A stretch of 64,000 nucleotides of DNA, taken from assembly GCF_963921235.1 (NCBI RefSeq), contig NC_086097.1:187862001-187926000 (forward strand), given 5' to 3'. Each line of letters starts with the position of its first letter. Position 1 is the stretch's first letter. The position numbers and the translations under genes are program-made. Source of the stretch: Mobula hypostoma (taxonomy: Eukaryota). Below are positions 38,601 through 49,559 of this stretch, in pieces. Below the pieces are notes generated by a model. The model made no database searches, had not been told where the DNA came from, and worked only from the letters and a program-made list of their open reading frames with translations.

Positions 38601-41030
38601 ACTATCTTAGATTTATTTCTGTTTTCCTCCTCCTCCACTCTATGATTCCGGTTCCTGTTCCCCTGTCAAATTAGTGTCAACCCTCCCTAACAGCTCTATT
38701 AAACCTTCCCACCACGATACTGGTCCCCTTCGGGTTCAGGTGCAACCCGTCCTTTTTGAACAGGTCATACTTCCCCCAGAAGAGATCCCAGTTATCCAAG
38801 AATCTGAAGCCCTGCCTCCTGCACCAATCTCTCAGCCATACATTCATCTGCCTGATCCTACTATTCTTGCCCTCGCTAGCACGTGGCACAGGTGGTAATC
38901 CCGAGATTACTACCCTGGAGGTCCTGCTTCTCAGCTTTCTTCCTAACCCCTGGAAATCTCTATTCAGGACCTCCTCTCTTTTCCTGTTTAATGTCTTTGG
39001 TACCACCATGTACCAAGACAACTGGCTGCTCGCACTGTCCCTTCAGAATATTTTGGACGCGATCCGAGATACCTGGGAGGCAACGCACCATTTGGGTATC
39101 TCTATCACGCTCACAGAATCTCCTATCTATTCCCCTGACTATGGAACCCCCAATGACTACCGCATTCCTCTTCCCCCTCCTTCCCTCCTGCACAACAGCA
39201 CCAGGCTCAGTGCCAGAGACCCAGTCACCGTGGGCGTCCCCTGTCAGGTCATCCTCCTCAACAGCATCCAGAACGAGATACTTGTTGCTGAGGGGTGCTC
39301 TCCACTATCTGGGCATTTTCCTTCACTCTCTTGACAGTCACCCAGTTTTCTGACCCCTGTAGTCTAGGGATGACTACGTCCCTGTAGCTCCTGTCTATCA
39401 CCTCTTCACTTTCCCTGATAAGCAGTAGGTCATCAAGCTGCAGCTCCAGATCCCTAACACGGTCTCTGAGGAGCTGCATCTCGGTGCACCTGGCGCAGAT
39501 GTGGCCATCAGGGAGGCTGGAGGTCTCCCAGGATTCCCACATCTGACACCCTGAACAAAGCACTAACCCTGCAGGCATCCTACCTAATTCTACAGGAATG
39601 CAGACATCCCGCCCTGCAAAAACTCATTTCAGGGAGGTCTCAACCGGAAGTTTCAACCTCATAGCAGACTGTGTTAATGAATTTGTTAATTTTGCAAGAC
39701 ATCAGATTCACAAGTGTTTTGTGAGACAGCTGACTTCTGAATTCTGTCTTAATACGCCATGTTCACAATAGCTGCTGTCTTGGTTGATGAGCAGGCATAG
39801 TAGCTTGCCTGTGTGCTTACACACCTGGAATGGCAGGTTATGCTCAACGATGAAAGATGTAAAGTACACCTCAGCTCTAGTGACCTTCTCTATCAGAGTT
39901 TGGTTTTCTGCTGAAAAGAACTGTGAAATACTTGAGCAGCCTTCCCTGTGATTAGACTCCCTAATATGTTGTGGTCCCTAAAAGAAATAAAATCATAAGG
40001 TGTATCCTTTTTACAGGGGTGTTTCCCTCTTATTGTCCATTCGGACAATGTCCGATCACATATGCGTCTGTAATCACACCCATACATTGCCTGCAACAGT
40101 CGGGATCAGAACTTACTTTTTTACGTCAAAATGGGGGATTTTAAATGAGTGATTTAGAAGTTCTGTATCTTCAAGTTCAAGTTTATTGTCATCTGGCTGA
40201 TAGTCCACAAATGAAACAAACTCTGTCTGGACCACGGTGTAGCCACAATAAGTATATCACGCACACCACATAAAACAATATGTTACCATATTATTTAATA
40301 AAGTGTAATTCAAAATGCATATAAAGTGCGCAGCACAGGTAAACAGTTCGCTGTCCTAATGGTGAGACCTCGGTGGGGGCCATGTATTTATTAAAATCGG
40401 TTTTTCTTCTGAAAACGGCTGCATTTAAACTTAGCCCATCGCGGGTTTCAATGTATCTGTAAGTGGAAGTGTTTCAGGAAAAAAACCCCAAAGAATTTGC
40501 TTGTTGTGAGCGCGTTTTTAAAGATGTCTTAGCGGACGATTTTGGAATTTCACTCCACTTTAAAACCTGCTCCAATTTAAACCCCGCTGTAATCCCCTTT
40601 AAGACGCCAACGCGCCTCCCCTGTATAGGACAGCCTCGCATAGTCAGGTTGTCACCGCCAGCCTTGGGAATTTCTTTGCCAGGCTTTTGTACTTCATCAC
40701 CGACAGTTGTCCGGATCATTTCAGCATCGTTACAGGCCGCAGTAACTGAACTGAGGAATATGAAAGAGAGAGAGAGATGACTCTAAAGCCCGCCCATAGA
40801 GAAAACTGATAGGTCTACTTAGCAGAAAGAGAGATCAAGCAGGATTCATTCATTTTCTTTTTTTCTTTTTTCTCTCCCTCTCTCTCCCTCTCTAAAAAAT
40901 TGACTTCCGGGATATTGTATATAATTTGCAGGTATCAGGGAGCCGCTATCGATCTGTGGGAGACTCCCGGAACTCCTGGGAAAGGTGGGATGTCTGGGAA
41001 TGAAACAGGAAAAATAAGTCTACTCACCAA
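35605..41030 (-). mobile_element. Near full-length CR1, same family as 29012-34510, with a hAT element in its 5'UTR
   Basis: ORF2 38638-36857 (593 aa) plus downstream RT frames. ORF1 runs 39578-38677 in fragments. Confidence 0.95.
39601..40996 (-). mobile_element. Internally deleted hAT-type DNA transposon
   Basis: TIRs cagacatccc(g/a)cc and 6-bp TSD ggaatg (39595-39600, 40997-41002). Minus-strand remnants VTRAEVYFTSFIVEHNLPF and YACSSTKTAAIVN (~39760-39900). A LINE 3' fragment is nested at ~40170-40390. Confidence 0.85.
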
Positions 41031-41334
41031 TTCAATAGCTTCTTGTTAACAAATGTAAACCAGTTTATTAAAAATAAATTGAAAATTTTCTCAATAAATA
41101 GATCAAGTGGAGTGAGGGTTACCTCCTGCCAAAAACTATTTTTATATTACCACTTAGCTTAAGGTTTCCTATCTCAGTACAATTGTACAATCATTAAGGC
41201 ACAATTTCTGTAAATTATATAATGTTGTTTTGGAGGACATTTTGAACTCCTGCTTCTGATTTTTGTGCTCTAAGAATCAAGTTCTAAATTTATTTTAAGC
41301 AAATAACCTAAAATAGGTTTGGTCTCCCTTGAGT

Positions 41335-42722
41335 TTCAAGTTAAAGTTAAAGTTTACTGTCATTTCAACCATACACATGTACTGGAAAATGATCTAGTGC
41401 TTTCCTGGCATATATGACAAATAAACTCTTCTCAGGCTTCCAGACATATACAGGTATCAATTTTAATCAATGTTTCAGTGACAACCTCTGCCATGTTCAT
41501 CAGGGGTGATACCTGGCAAATGTGCAGTCCAGTGGTTTTTATACCTCTGTCATCCATCCCTCCTGATTGGTTAGTCTTCATCCAGTCAGGTTTTTGCTGT
41601 CCCACCTTTAGGATACCTGAAGAAATCAGTAGTAGCAGAACATTGCACTCACAATGGCCATAGGATTGACTTCAACAGCACAAAACTACTGTGCCACACC
41701 AATGGCTTCTGGGACTGCCTGGTGAAGGAAGCCATTGAAATAAAACTAAAGGAAAAGAATTTTAACAAAGATGAAGGTCTCACTCTAAGTAAGAAACGGA
41801 ATTCGGTTGTAAACAAGGTGGGACAGTGGAAATCTGCATGGATGAGGACTAACCAATCAGGAGGGACAGACGATGGGAGTATAAATACCACCAGACTATA
41901 CATGCCCAGGCATCATCCCTGATGAGGATGGCAGTTTTTCATTGAAATGTCAGTTATAATTGTTATCTGTACCTGGATGGAAGCCCAGGAAGAGTTTATC
42001 CGTACACATGTACGAAACAACATTCCTCCTGATCAAGGTACACAACACATGATGTATAACTCACACACAAACACATAAAAAATATTACCACAAATAAGTT
42101 AACAAATAATAAGATGTATATATGATATAAGTTAAAAAGTAAACTCAATAATGCTACTGGCTCTTCATATGTGATATGACCTGGGTGGTGACAGGGAGTT
42201 CAGTATTCTTAAGGCCTGGGGGATGAAGCTGCTCCCCATCCTAACAGTTCTTGTCCTAATGCTGTGATAGCTCCTGCCTGGTGGTAGCATGCCAAAAAGT
42301 TTGTTGGACAGATGGGAGGGATTATTGGCAATGCTAAGGGCCCTGCATATGCAACAGTGTTGGTCAGTGTCTCGGATGGGTGGAAGAGAGACCCCAGTGA
42401 TCCTCTCTGCATACTTACAATCTTTTGTAGGGTCTTGTGATCAGATGCTTTGCAATTCCCATACCTGACAGTGATGCATACGGTCAGGACGCTCTCAATG
42501 ATGCTCATGTAAAAATTAGTTAGAATGGGGGAGGGGGGAGCCTCGCTCTCCTCAATCTCCTCAGGAAGTGGAGACGCTGTGGTGCTTTCTTGACTAAGAT
42601 AGAGTGTTGAGAGAGCAGGCGAGATCATCCATTATGTGCTCACCCTGAAACTTGGTACTCCTAACTCTCTCCACAGAGAAACCTTTGATGTCCACTGAGG
42701 AGTGGTTAGCCTGCACCATCCT
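41335..42722 (-). mobile_element. Rex1-like LINE 3' fragment interrupted by a Penelope insertion
   Basis: ILTNFYMSIIESVLT.CITV.YG peptide (42209-42628), with the 3' end at ~41335. Confidence 0.75.
41383..42000. mobile_element. Second-family Penelope-like insertion with inverted terminal repeat
   Basis: GIY-YIG C-terminus KEAIEIKL...NFNKDEG on plus, inverted copy ~41420-41610, and TSD tacacatgtac (41372-41382, 42003-42013). Confidence 0.85.
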
Positions 42723-43474
42723 AAAAGCTCTCCAGAATCCAGATGAGGAAATGATATGCCAAACAAATAAGGATGCTAATTATACCAGCCTTTTATACCT
42801 ACTCAGATTTCTAAACAAAGGCCTACTATTACAGTCTCCAAAATTTATGTTAGCAGGTCTCAGAAGGAACCTTCTCTTCAGAAGAAAAATCAGAAACAAA
42901 TTGTGTCTTCATCTCTAGGGTGAGATACAGGAGTCTTTACCACAGAAGCATAATTTCTTATTCCTATAAACTAAGTTTACATTAATGGATTCTTGCAAGT
43001 TATTACAGATTTAGTGATCATTGGGTGGAAAATATTCTCTGCTCAATAACTGAGTCAAGTCTCTAGACAAAGAAGAACAACTTGGAGAAAGTTAATAGTA
43101 CTGATCCTGTGACAAAGGTTCTGGAAGAAATTCTGGGGAAGGACTATGAATTGATCCAAAAATTCCTGTAGCCACATTTCCTTTTATTAATTTATGGGAA
43201 ATCGAAAATGTTAACAAAGCTAAAGCTTATTCTCCATCTCTAATTTCCCTTGAGAATGCAAGAGTGATCACCTTGAATTTTTTCAGCCTTTCCGATTTTG
43301 TAAAGGTGGAAGAATTTGAACCAGAAGCAGGTCAGTTCATTCTCCCGCATCCCAGTTTTTGACCTCAAAGTCACTTCCTCATATCTATACCATATTATTT
43401 AACTCTCTAAATACGCAAGATTGTCTTAAGTATATTTAGATTCTAAATCTGAATTTTTTTTCTTATCTCGATCT

Positions 43475-44480
43475 CAAAGTAAACTTGTTATCGAAGCACA
43501 CGTGTCGCCATATACAACTCTGAGGTTCATTTCCTTACAGGCATTCCCAGTAGTACAAAGAAATACAACAGAATCAACAAAAAATAAACACTGACAAAAG
43601 AAGGCAAACTTTTTAACATAATTCACAAAACAAAATAATAACAAATAAATAAATAATACTGTGAACTGGAATTAGATAGTCCTTGGAAGTGAGTCCATAG
43701 GTTGTGGAATCAGTTCAGTTTTGAGGTGGTAAAGTTGTCCACACTGGTTCAGGAGTCTGATGGTTGAAGGATAATAACTGTTTCTGAACCTAGTGATGTG
43801 GAGCCTAAGGCTCATGTACCTCCTATCCAATGGCAGCAGAGAGAAGAGAGCATGGCTTGGATAGCCTTGAAGATGGATGCTGCTTTCTTGTGCCAGTACT
43901 CCTTGTAGATGGAGTGGGCTTCTCCTGTAATGGACTGAGCTGTATCCATTATTTTTGTAAACTTTTCCATTCTTGGACATTGGTCTTTCAGTACCAGGCC
44001 ATGATGCAATAAGTCAGAATATTCTCTGCTGTGCATCTATCGAGGTTTGTCAAATTTTTAGCTGACATGCTGAATCTGTGCAAACTTTCAAGAGAGTAAA
44101 GACGCTGCCATGCTTTCTTTGTAATGGCACTTACATGCTGGGCACAAAACAAATCCTGTGAAAAGATAACACCAAGGAATTTGAAGTTACTGACCCTCTC
44201 CACTTTTGATCCCCTATTCAGAACTGGCACATGGGCCTAGGGTTTCTTCCTCCTGCAGTCAACAATCAGTTGTTTAGTTCTGCTGAAGTTGTTGATGTGG
44301 CACCATTCAACTAGATTTTGAATTTTTGTCCTGTATGGCAATTCATCGCCACCTTTGATTTGGCCAACAACAATGGTGTCATCAGCAAGCTTAAATATGA
44401 CATAGGAGCTGTACTTAGCCTCACAGTCATAAAGCCAGTAAAGCAGGGGGCTATACACATAGCCTTGTGGTGCTCCTGCC
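43475..44480 (-). mobile_element. Rex1-like LINE 3' part
   Basis: GAPQG, KLADDT and FKFLGV peptides. Confidence 0.8.
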
Positions 44481-45320
44481 TTTAAATCCCTCCGCCACAG
44501 TGCTGTTGGATAAAAAGTTTTAGCATTTCGGTATTGCAACAATGAATAATATTTTCAGGCTGCATTAACTATTAGTAACATTTTCATCTTGTCTTTAGAG
44601 GATTGGGAAACATGCACAAAAATATGCTACACCAGACAGCATTAGTCACACTATCATACCATTAATTGGCACTAATAACTTATGACTGCTAAACTAATGC
44701 CAGACAGTTAAAGAAAATGGCTAAACTTTCCCTGGAGATTTGGTTGATTTCCTGCCATAATTTCACAGGAGTTCAGTGGAAACTATGGGAAACAATGAAA
44801 ATAAGAATTCATTTTCTGATTTTACTTACATTTGAGTAACGAAATGAATGACTACCAGAAAAGAAAGATGTGCACACCATCTTTCAGTGCCAAAGCATTT
44901 ATTTTCTATGATGTAGAAAGTGATTGGCTGAGCTATGTCCAGTTTTTATGAGCTGTTCTTAAAAGTGATGGTAAAGTAGCCTCTTGAAAAACTACATTTC
45001 AAGTAGTGACAGTACGCTTAATGATCTTGCCCAATGCTTTTCCTGAATGATGTTGGAGCTCTTATTCCAAGTATCCCATCATACCTCTGAGTTCTGTTCT
45101 GCAGATGGCTGAAGTTCTTTGGTGGAGTGGTGAGGAAGAGGTGATAGGAAAGCTGGAGGGTGGGTTGAGTAGGTGTTGTTGGGGATCAGGAAGTAAGCCA
45201 CTTACTTCAAGGTACTCAAACTCTGGCTGGGTTTTGGAGCCACAGATTTTACACTGTTGTTTTATTTAAGACCTGTAACAAATATGCCCATCCCTCCTTC
45301 TCCTGTACATTAATGGTGAA

Positions 45321-47953
45321 ATGTCTACTGAGTCCTTACGGGTGGAGCTGAGAAACAGGAAAGGTATGGCCACATGAGTGGGATTGTATTACAGACCACT
45401 CAATAGTCAACGAGACTTGGAAGAGCAAATCTGCAGAGAGATAGCAGGCAACTGCAGGAAACATAAAGTTGTGGTGGTAGGGGATTTTAATTTTCCATAC
45501 ATTGATTGGGACTCCCATACTGTTAGGGGTCTAGATGGTTTAGAGTTTGTAAAATGTGTTCAGGAAAGTTTTCTAAATCAGTGTATAAAGGGACCAGCTA
45601 GAGGGGATGCAATATTGGATCTCCTGTTAGGAAACGAATTAGGGCAAGTGCCAGAAGTCTGTGTAGGGGAGCACTTTGGTTCCAGTGATCATAACACCAT
45701 TAGTTTCAATTTGATCATGGACAAGGATAGATCTGGCCCTAGGGTTGAGGTTCTGAACTGGAAGAAGGCCAAATTTGAAGAAATGAGAAAGGATCTAAAA
45801 AGAGTGGATTGGGACAGGTTGTTCTCTGGCAAAGATGTGATTGGTAGGTGGGAAGCCTTCAAAGGGGAAATTTTGAGAGTGCAGAGTTTGTATGTTCCTG
45901 TCAGGATTAAAGGCAAATTGAATAGGAATAAGGAACCTTGGTTCTCAAGGGATATTGCAACTCTGATAAAGAAGAAGAGGGAGTTGTATGAAATGTATAG
46001 GAAACAGGGGGTAAATCAGGTGCTTGAGGAGTATAAGAAGTGCAAGAAAATACTTAAGAAAGAAATCAGGAGGGCAAAAAGAAGACATGAGGTTGCCTTG
46101 GCAGTCAAAGTGAAGGATAATCCAAAGAGCTTTTACAAGTATATTAAGAGCAAAAGGATTGTAAGGGATAAAATTGGTCCTCTTGAAGATCAGAGTGGTC
46201 AGCTTTGTGCGGAGCCAAAGGAAATGGGGGAGATCTTAAATAGGTTTTTTGCGTCTGTATTTACTAAGGAAGTTGGCATGAAATCTATGGAATTGAGGGA
46301 ATCAAGTAGTGAGACCATGGAAACTGTACAGATTGAAAAGGAGGAGGTGCTTGCTGTCTTGAGGAAAATTAAAGTGGGTAAATCCCCGGGACCTGACAGA
46401 GTGTTCCCTCGGACCTTGAAGGAGACTAGTGTTGAAATTGCGGGGGCCCTGGCAGAAATATTTAAACTGTCGCTGTCTACGGGTGAAGTGCCGGAGGATT
46501 GGAGAGTGGTTCATGTTGTTCCATTGTTTAAAAAAGGATCGAAAAGTAATCCGGGAAATTATAGGCCAGTGAGTTTAACGTCAGTAGTAGGTAAGTTATT
46601 GGAGGGAGTAATAAGAGACAGAATCTACAAGCATTCGGATAGACAGGGGCTTATTAGGGAGAGTCAACATGGCTTTGTGTGTGGTAGGTCATGTTTGACC
46701 AATCTGTTGGAGTTTTTCGACGAGGTTACCAGGAAAGTGGATGAAGGGAAGGCAGTGGATATTGTCTACATGGACTTCAGTAAGGCCTTTGACAAGATCC
46801 CGCATGGGAGGTTAGTTAGGAAAATTCAGTCGCTAGGTATACATGGAGAGGTGGTAAATTGGATTGGACGTTGGCTCAATGGAAGAAGCCAGAGAGTGGT
46901 GGTAGAAAATTGCTTCTCTGAGTGGAGGCCTGTGACTAGTGGTGTGCCACAGGGATCAGTGCTGGGTCCATTGTTATTTGTCATCTATATCAATGATCTG
47001 GATGATAATGTGGTAAATTGGATCAGCAAGTTTGCTGATGATACAATGATTGGAGGTGTAGTAGACAGTGAGGAAGGTTTTCAGAGCCTGCAGAGGGACT
47101 TGGACCAGCTGGAAAAATGGGCTGAAAAATGGCAGATGGAGTTTAATACTGACAAGTGTGAGGTATTGCACGTTGGAAGGACAAACCAACGTAGAACATA
47201 CAGGGTTAATGGTAAGGCACTGAGGAGTGCAGTGGAACAGAGAGATCTGGGAATACAGATACAAAATTCCCTAAAAGTGTCGTCACAGGTAGATAGGGTT
47301 GTAAAGAGAGCTTTTGGTACATTGGCCTTTATTAATCGAAGTATTGAGTATAAGAGCTGGAATGTTATGATGAGGTTGTATAAGGCATTGGTGAGGCCGA
47401 ATCTGGAGTATTGTGTTCAGTTTTGGTCACCAAATTACAGGAAGGATATAAATAAGGTTGAAAAAGTGCAGAGAAGGTTTACAAGGATGTTGCCGGGACT
47501 TGAGAAACTCAGTTACAGAGAAAGGTTGAATAGGTTAGGACTTTATTCCCTGGAGCGTAGAAGAATGAGGGGACATTTGATAGAGGTATATAAAATTATG
47601 ATGGGTATAGATAGAGTGAATGCAAGCAGGCTTTTTCCACTGAGGCAAGGGAAGAAAAAAACCAGAAGACATGGGTTAAGGGTGAGGGGGGAAAGGTTTA
47701 AAGGGAACATTAGCGGGGGCTTCTTCACACAGAAAGTGGTGGGAGTATGGAATGAGCTGCCAGACGAGGTGGTAAATGCGGGTTCTTTTTTAACATTTAA
47801 GAATAAATTGGACAGATACATGGATGGGAGGTGTATGGAGGGATATGGTCCGTGTGCAGGTCAGTGGGACTAGGCAGAAAATGGTTTGGCACAGCCAAGA
47901 AGGGCCAAAGGGCCTGTTTCTGTGCTGTAGTTTCTATGGTTCTATGGTTCTAA
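45321..47953 (+). mobile_element. Young 5'-truncated CR1, same family as 14461-17545
   Basis: Near-identical to the 14.9-17.5 kb copy, with a ttctatgg tail. Confidence 0.97.
45378..47873 (+). CDS. CR1 ORF2 (partial APE + intact RT), uninterrupted 831 aa
   Basis: ORF track. It lacks the APE N-terminus because of 5' truncation. Confidence 0.85.
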   Translation: MGLYYRPLNSQRDLEEQICREIAGNCRKHKVVVVGDFNFPYIDWDSHTVRGLDGLEFVKCVQESFLNQCIKGPARGDAILDLLLGNELGQVPEVCVGEHFGSSDHNTISFNLIMDKDRSGPRVEVLNWKKAKFEEMRKDLKRVDWDRLFSGKDVIGRWEAFKGEILRVQSLYVPVRIKGKLNRNKEPWFSRDIATLIKKKRELYEMYRKQGVNQVLEEYKKCKKILKKEIRRAKRRHEVALAVKVKDNPKSFYKYIKSKRIVRDKIGPLEDQSGQLCAEPKEMGEILNRFFASVFTKEVGMKSMELRESSSETMETVQIEKEEVLAVLRKIKVGKSPGPDRVFPRTLKETSVEIAGALAEIFKLSLSTGEVPEDWRVVHVVPLFKKGSKSNPGNYRPVSLTSVVGKLLEGVIRDRIYKHSDRQGLIRESQHGFVCGRSCLTNLLEFFDEVTRKVDEGKAVDIVYMDFSKAFDKIPHGRLVRKIQSLGIHGEVVNWIGRWLNGRSQRVVVENCFSEWRPVTSGVPQGSVLGPLLFVIYINDLDDNVVNWISKFADDTMIGGVVDSEEGFQSLQRDLDQLEKWAEKWQMEFNTDKCEVLHVGRTNQRRTYRVNGKALRSAVEQRDLGIQIQNSLKVSSQVDRVVKRAFGTLAFINRSIEYKSWNVMMRLYKALVRPNLEYCVQFWSPNYRKDINKVEKVQRRFTRMLPGLEKLSYRERLNRLGLYSLERRRMRGHLIEVYKIMMGIDRVNASRLFPLRQGKKKTRRHGLRVRGERFKGNISGGFFTQKVVGVWNELPDEVVNAGSFLTFKNKLDRYMDGRCMEGYGPCAGQWD

Positions 47954-49099
47954 AGATTCAGTAATTGCAGTGCTTTTAATTTTTAAGAAATGCAGCTATG
48001 TTATTAAAACCCATCTATCCATGAGCCTTATGTATTCTGCCTGTTGCTTGCCACTTATCAAACCAAATCCAAGTCCTTTTAGCAGTGGGGTTAAAACTGC
48101 TTAACATTTGAGAAGTTCAATATGAAAAATAAGCATATCAAATTGGCAAACATCCCTACCTCTGAACCTACAGTAAATCATGAAAACAACAGGAAAACTT
48201 CACTTTAAAGAAGTTCTCCAGAATAGACCTGGGATGAGATGACTGATCTCCAAAGTCACCTATTTGTATTAAATATGATACCAGTGAGTAGAATGTTTTC
48301 CATTGACTTCAATTTACTAAATTTCTTTAATGTCACATATGATGAAATGCTGTCTCAATGTCAATAATAGTCACTTCCACCTAGTTGTTGAATTCAGATT
48401 TATGTTTATATCGTTGGACCAAGAAGATAAAGTCGTCTGGATCTGTGAGGCATTTGTGGAATTCAAACAAGTTTTAATGATCAGGCTATTGGAACATATA
48501 TAATATTTGATAGCACAATACTCTCCATCACTTAATAATAAAAAGTGGGTTAACTTTTTTATTAAATTGGTTTAAATTAACATTGCTTTTTGTGAATGCC
48601 ATACCTGGACAATTTATAACATTTGGAAGTAATTATTTGCTGTGGAATACAGTTTTGCCATTTCTTATGTCACAGGAACTTAATAAATGCTAACTGGAAC
48701 TGCTCTGAATCCATCCTCTTTATTGCAGTGGTAGTGAGACTATTATTTAGGTAGGTCCTCACAATGGACACAGGACTTTTTCCACTCACAAACTTTGTGA
48801 CTGACACTGCTTCTGTCATGGAGATATGATCTGTGACAGGTACATTGATAATATTTGAGATTAAGTGGCCTTTCACTCTCAGCAATTTCATGACTACATA
48901 TCTGTCATAAACCCGGTCTGCCAACTACGTTTTTCAGTGGTGAAAATCAAGAAAAGGCCGATACATAGTTTTTAGGCTCCTTAGTCTGTGTTCTCTCTTC
49001 AACTAACTATCTCCATTCACCCCTGAACCATAACATATTGTTCACAGCTTTTCTTCATAGCAGTCATGGCCTCATCTTATCAGAGACTGTTCCCTTTGT

Positions 49100-49555
49100 T
49101 CTTTCCATTTTTCCTGACCCTCTCTGTCAGTTAAAACCATCTTGTTTTTTTTGTACTTTGACACAGGAGCATTGTCCTCCTTCAAAGAATTTTGTTTTCT
49201 TCCTCCACCATTGACGCTGCCCTCACCCGCATCTTCTTCATTTCCCAGACATCTGTATTCACCCATCTTCAAACCACTTTAACAGTGAAAGAGTCCCTCA
49301 CCCACCACCCCATGAACCTCTGTATCTAACACATAATTCTCCACAAATTCCACTATCTTCAATGGGAACCTACCAGCAAACACATCTTCATCTCCCCCTC
49401 CCCATCCCCCACTATCCACAGCGATCGCTTGCTCCATGATTCTCTTGTTCATTCCTCACTCCCCACTAATCTCGCTCCTGGCTTATATCTCTGCAAGCGA
49501 CAGAAATGCTCTACCTGCATATTCACCTCCCTTACCTCCATTCAGGTTCACACCC
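49100..49555 (+). mobile_element. Old Penelope remnant (continues 53668-54070), split by CR1
   Basis: Collinear with 24060-24480, resuming at aaacagtcccttcagatgagg. Confidence 0.7.
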
Positions 49556-49559
49556 AGTC

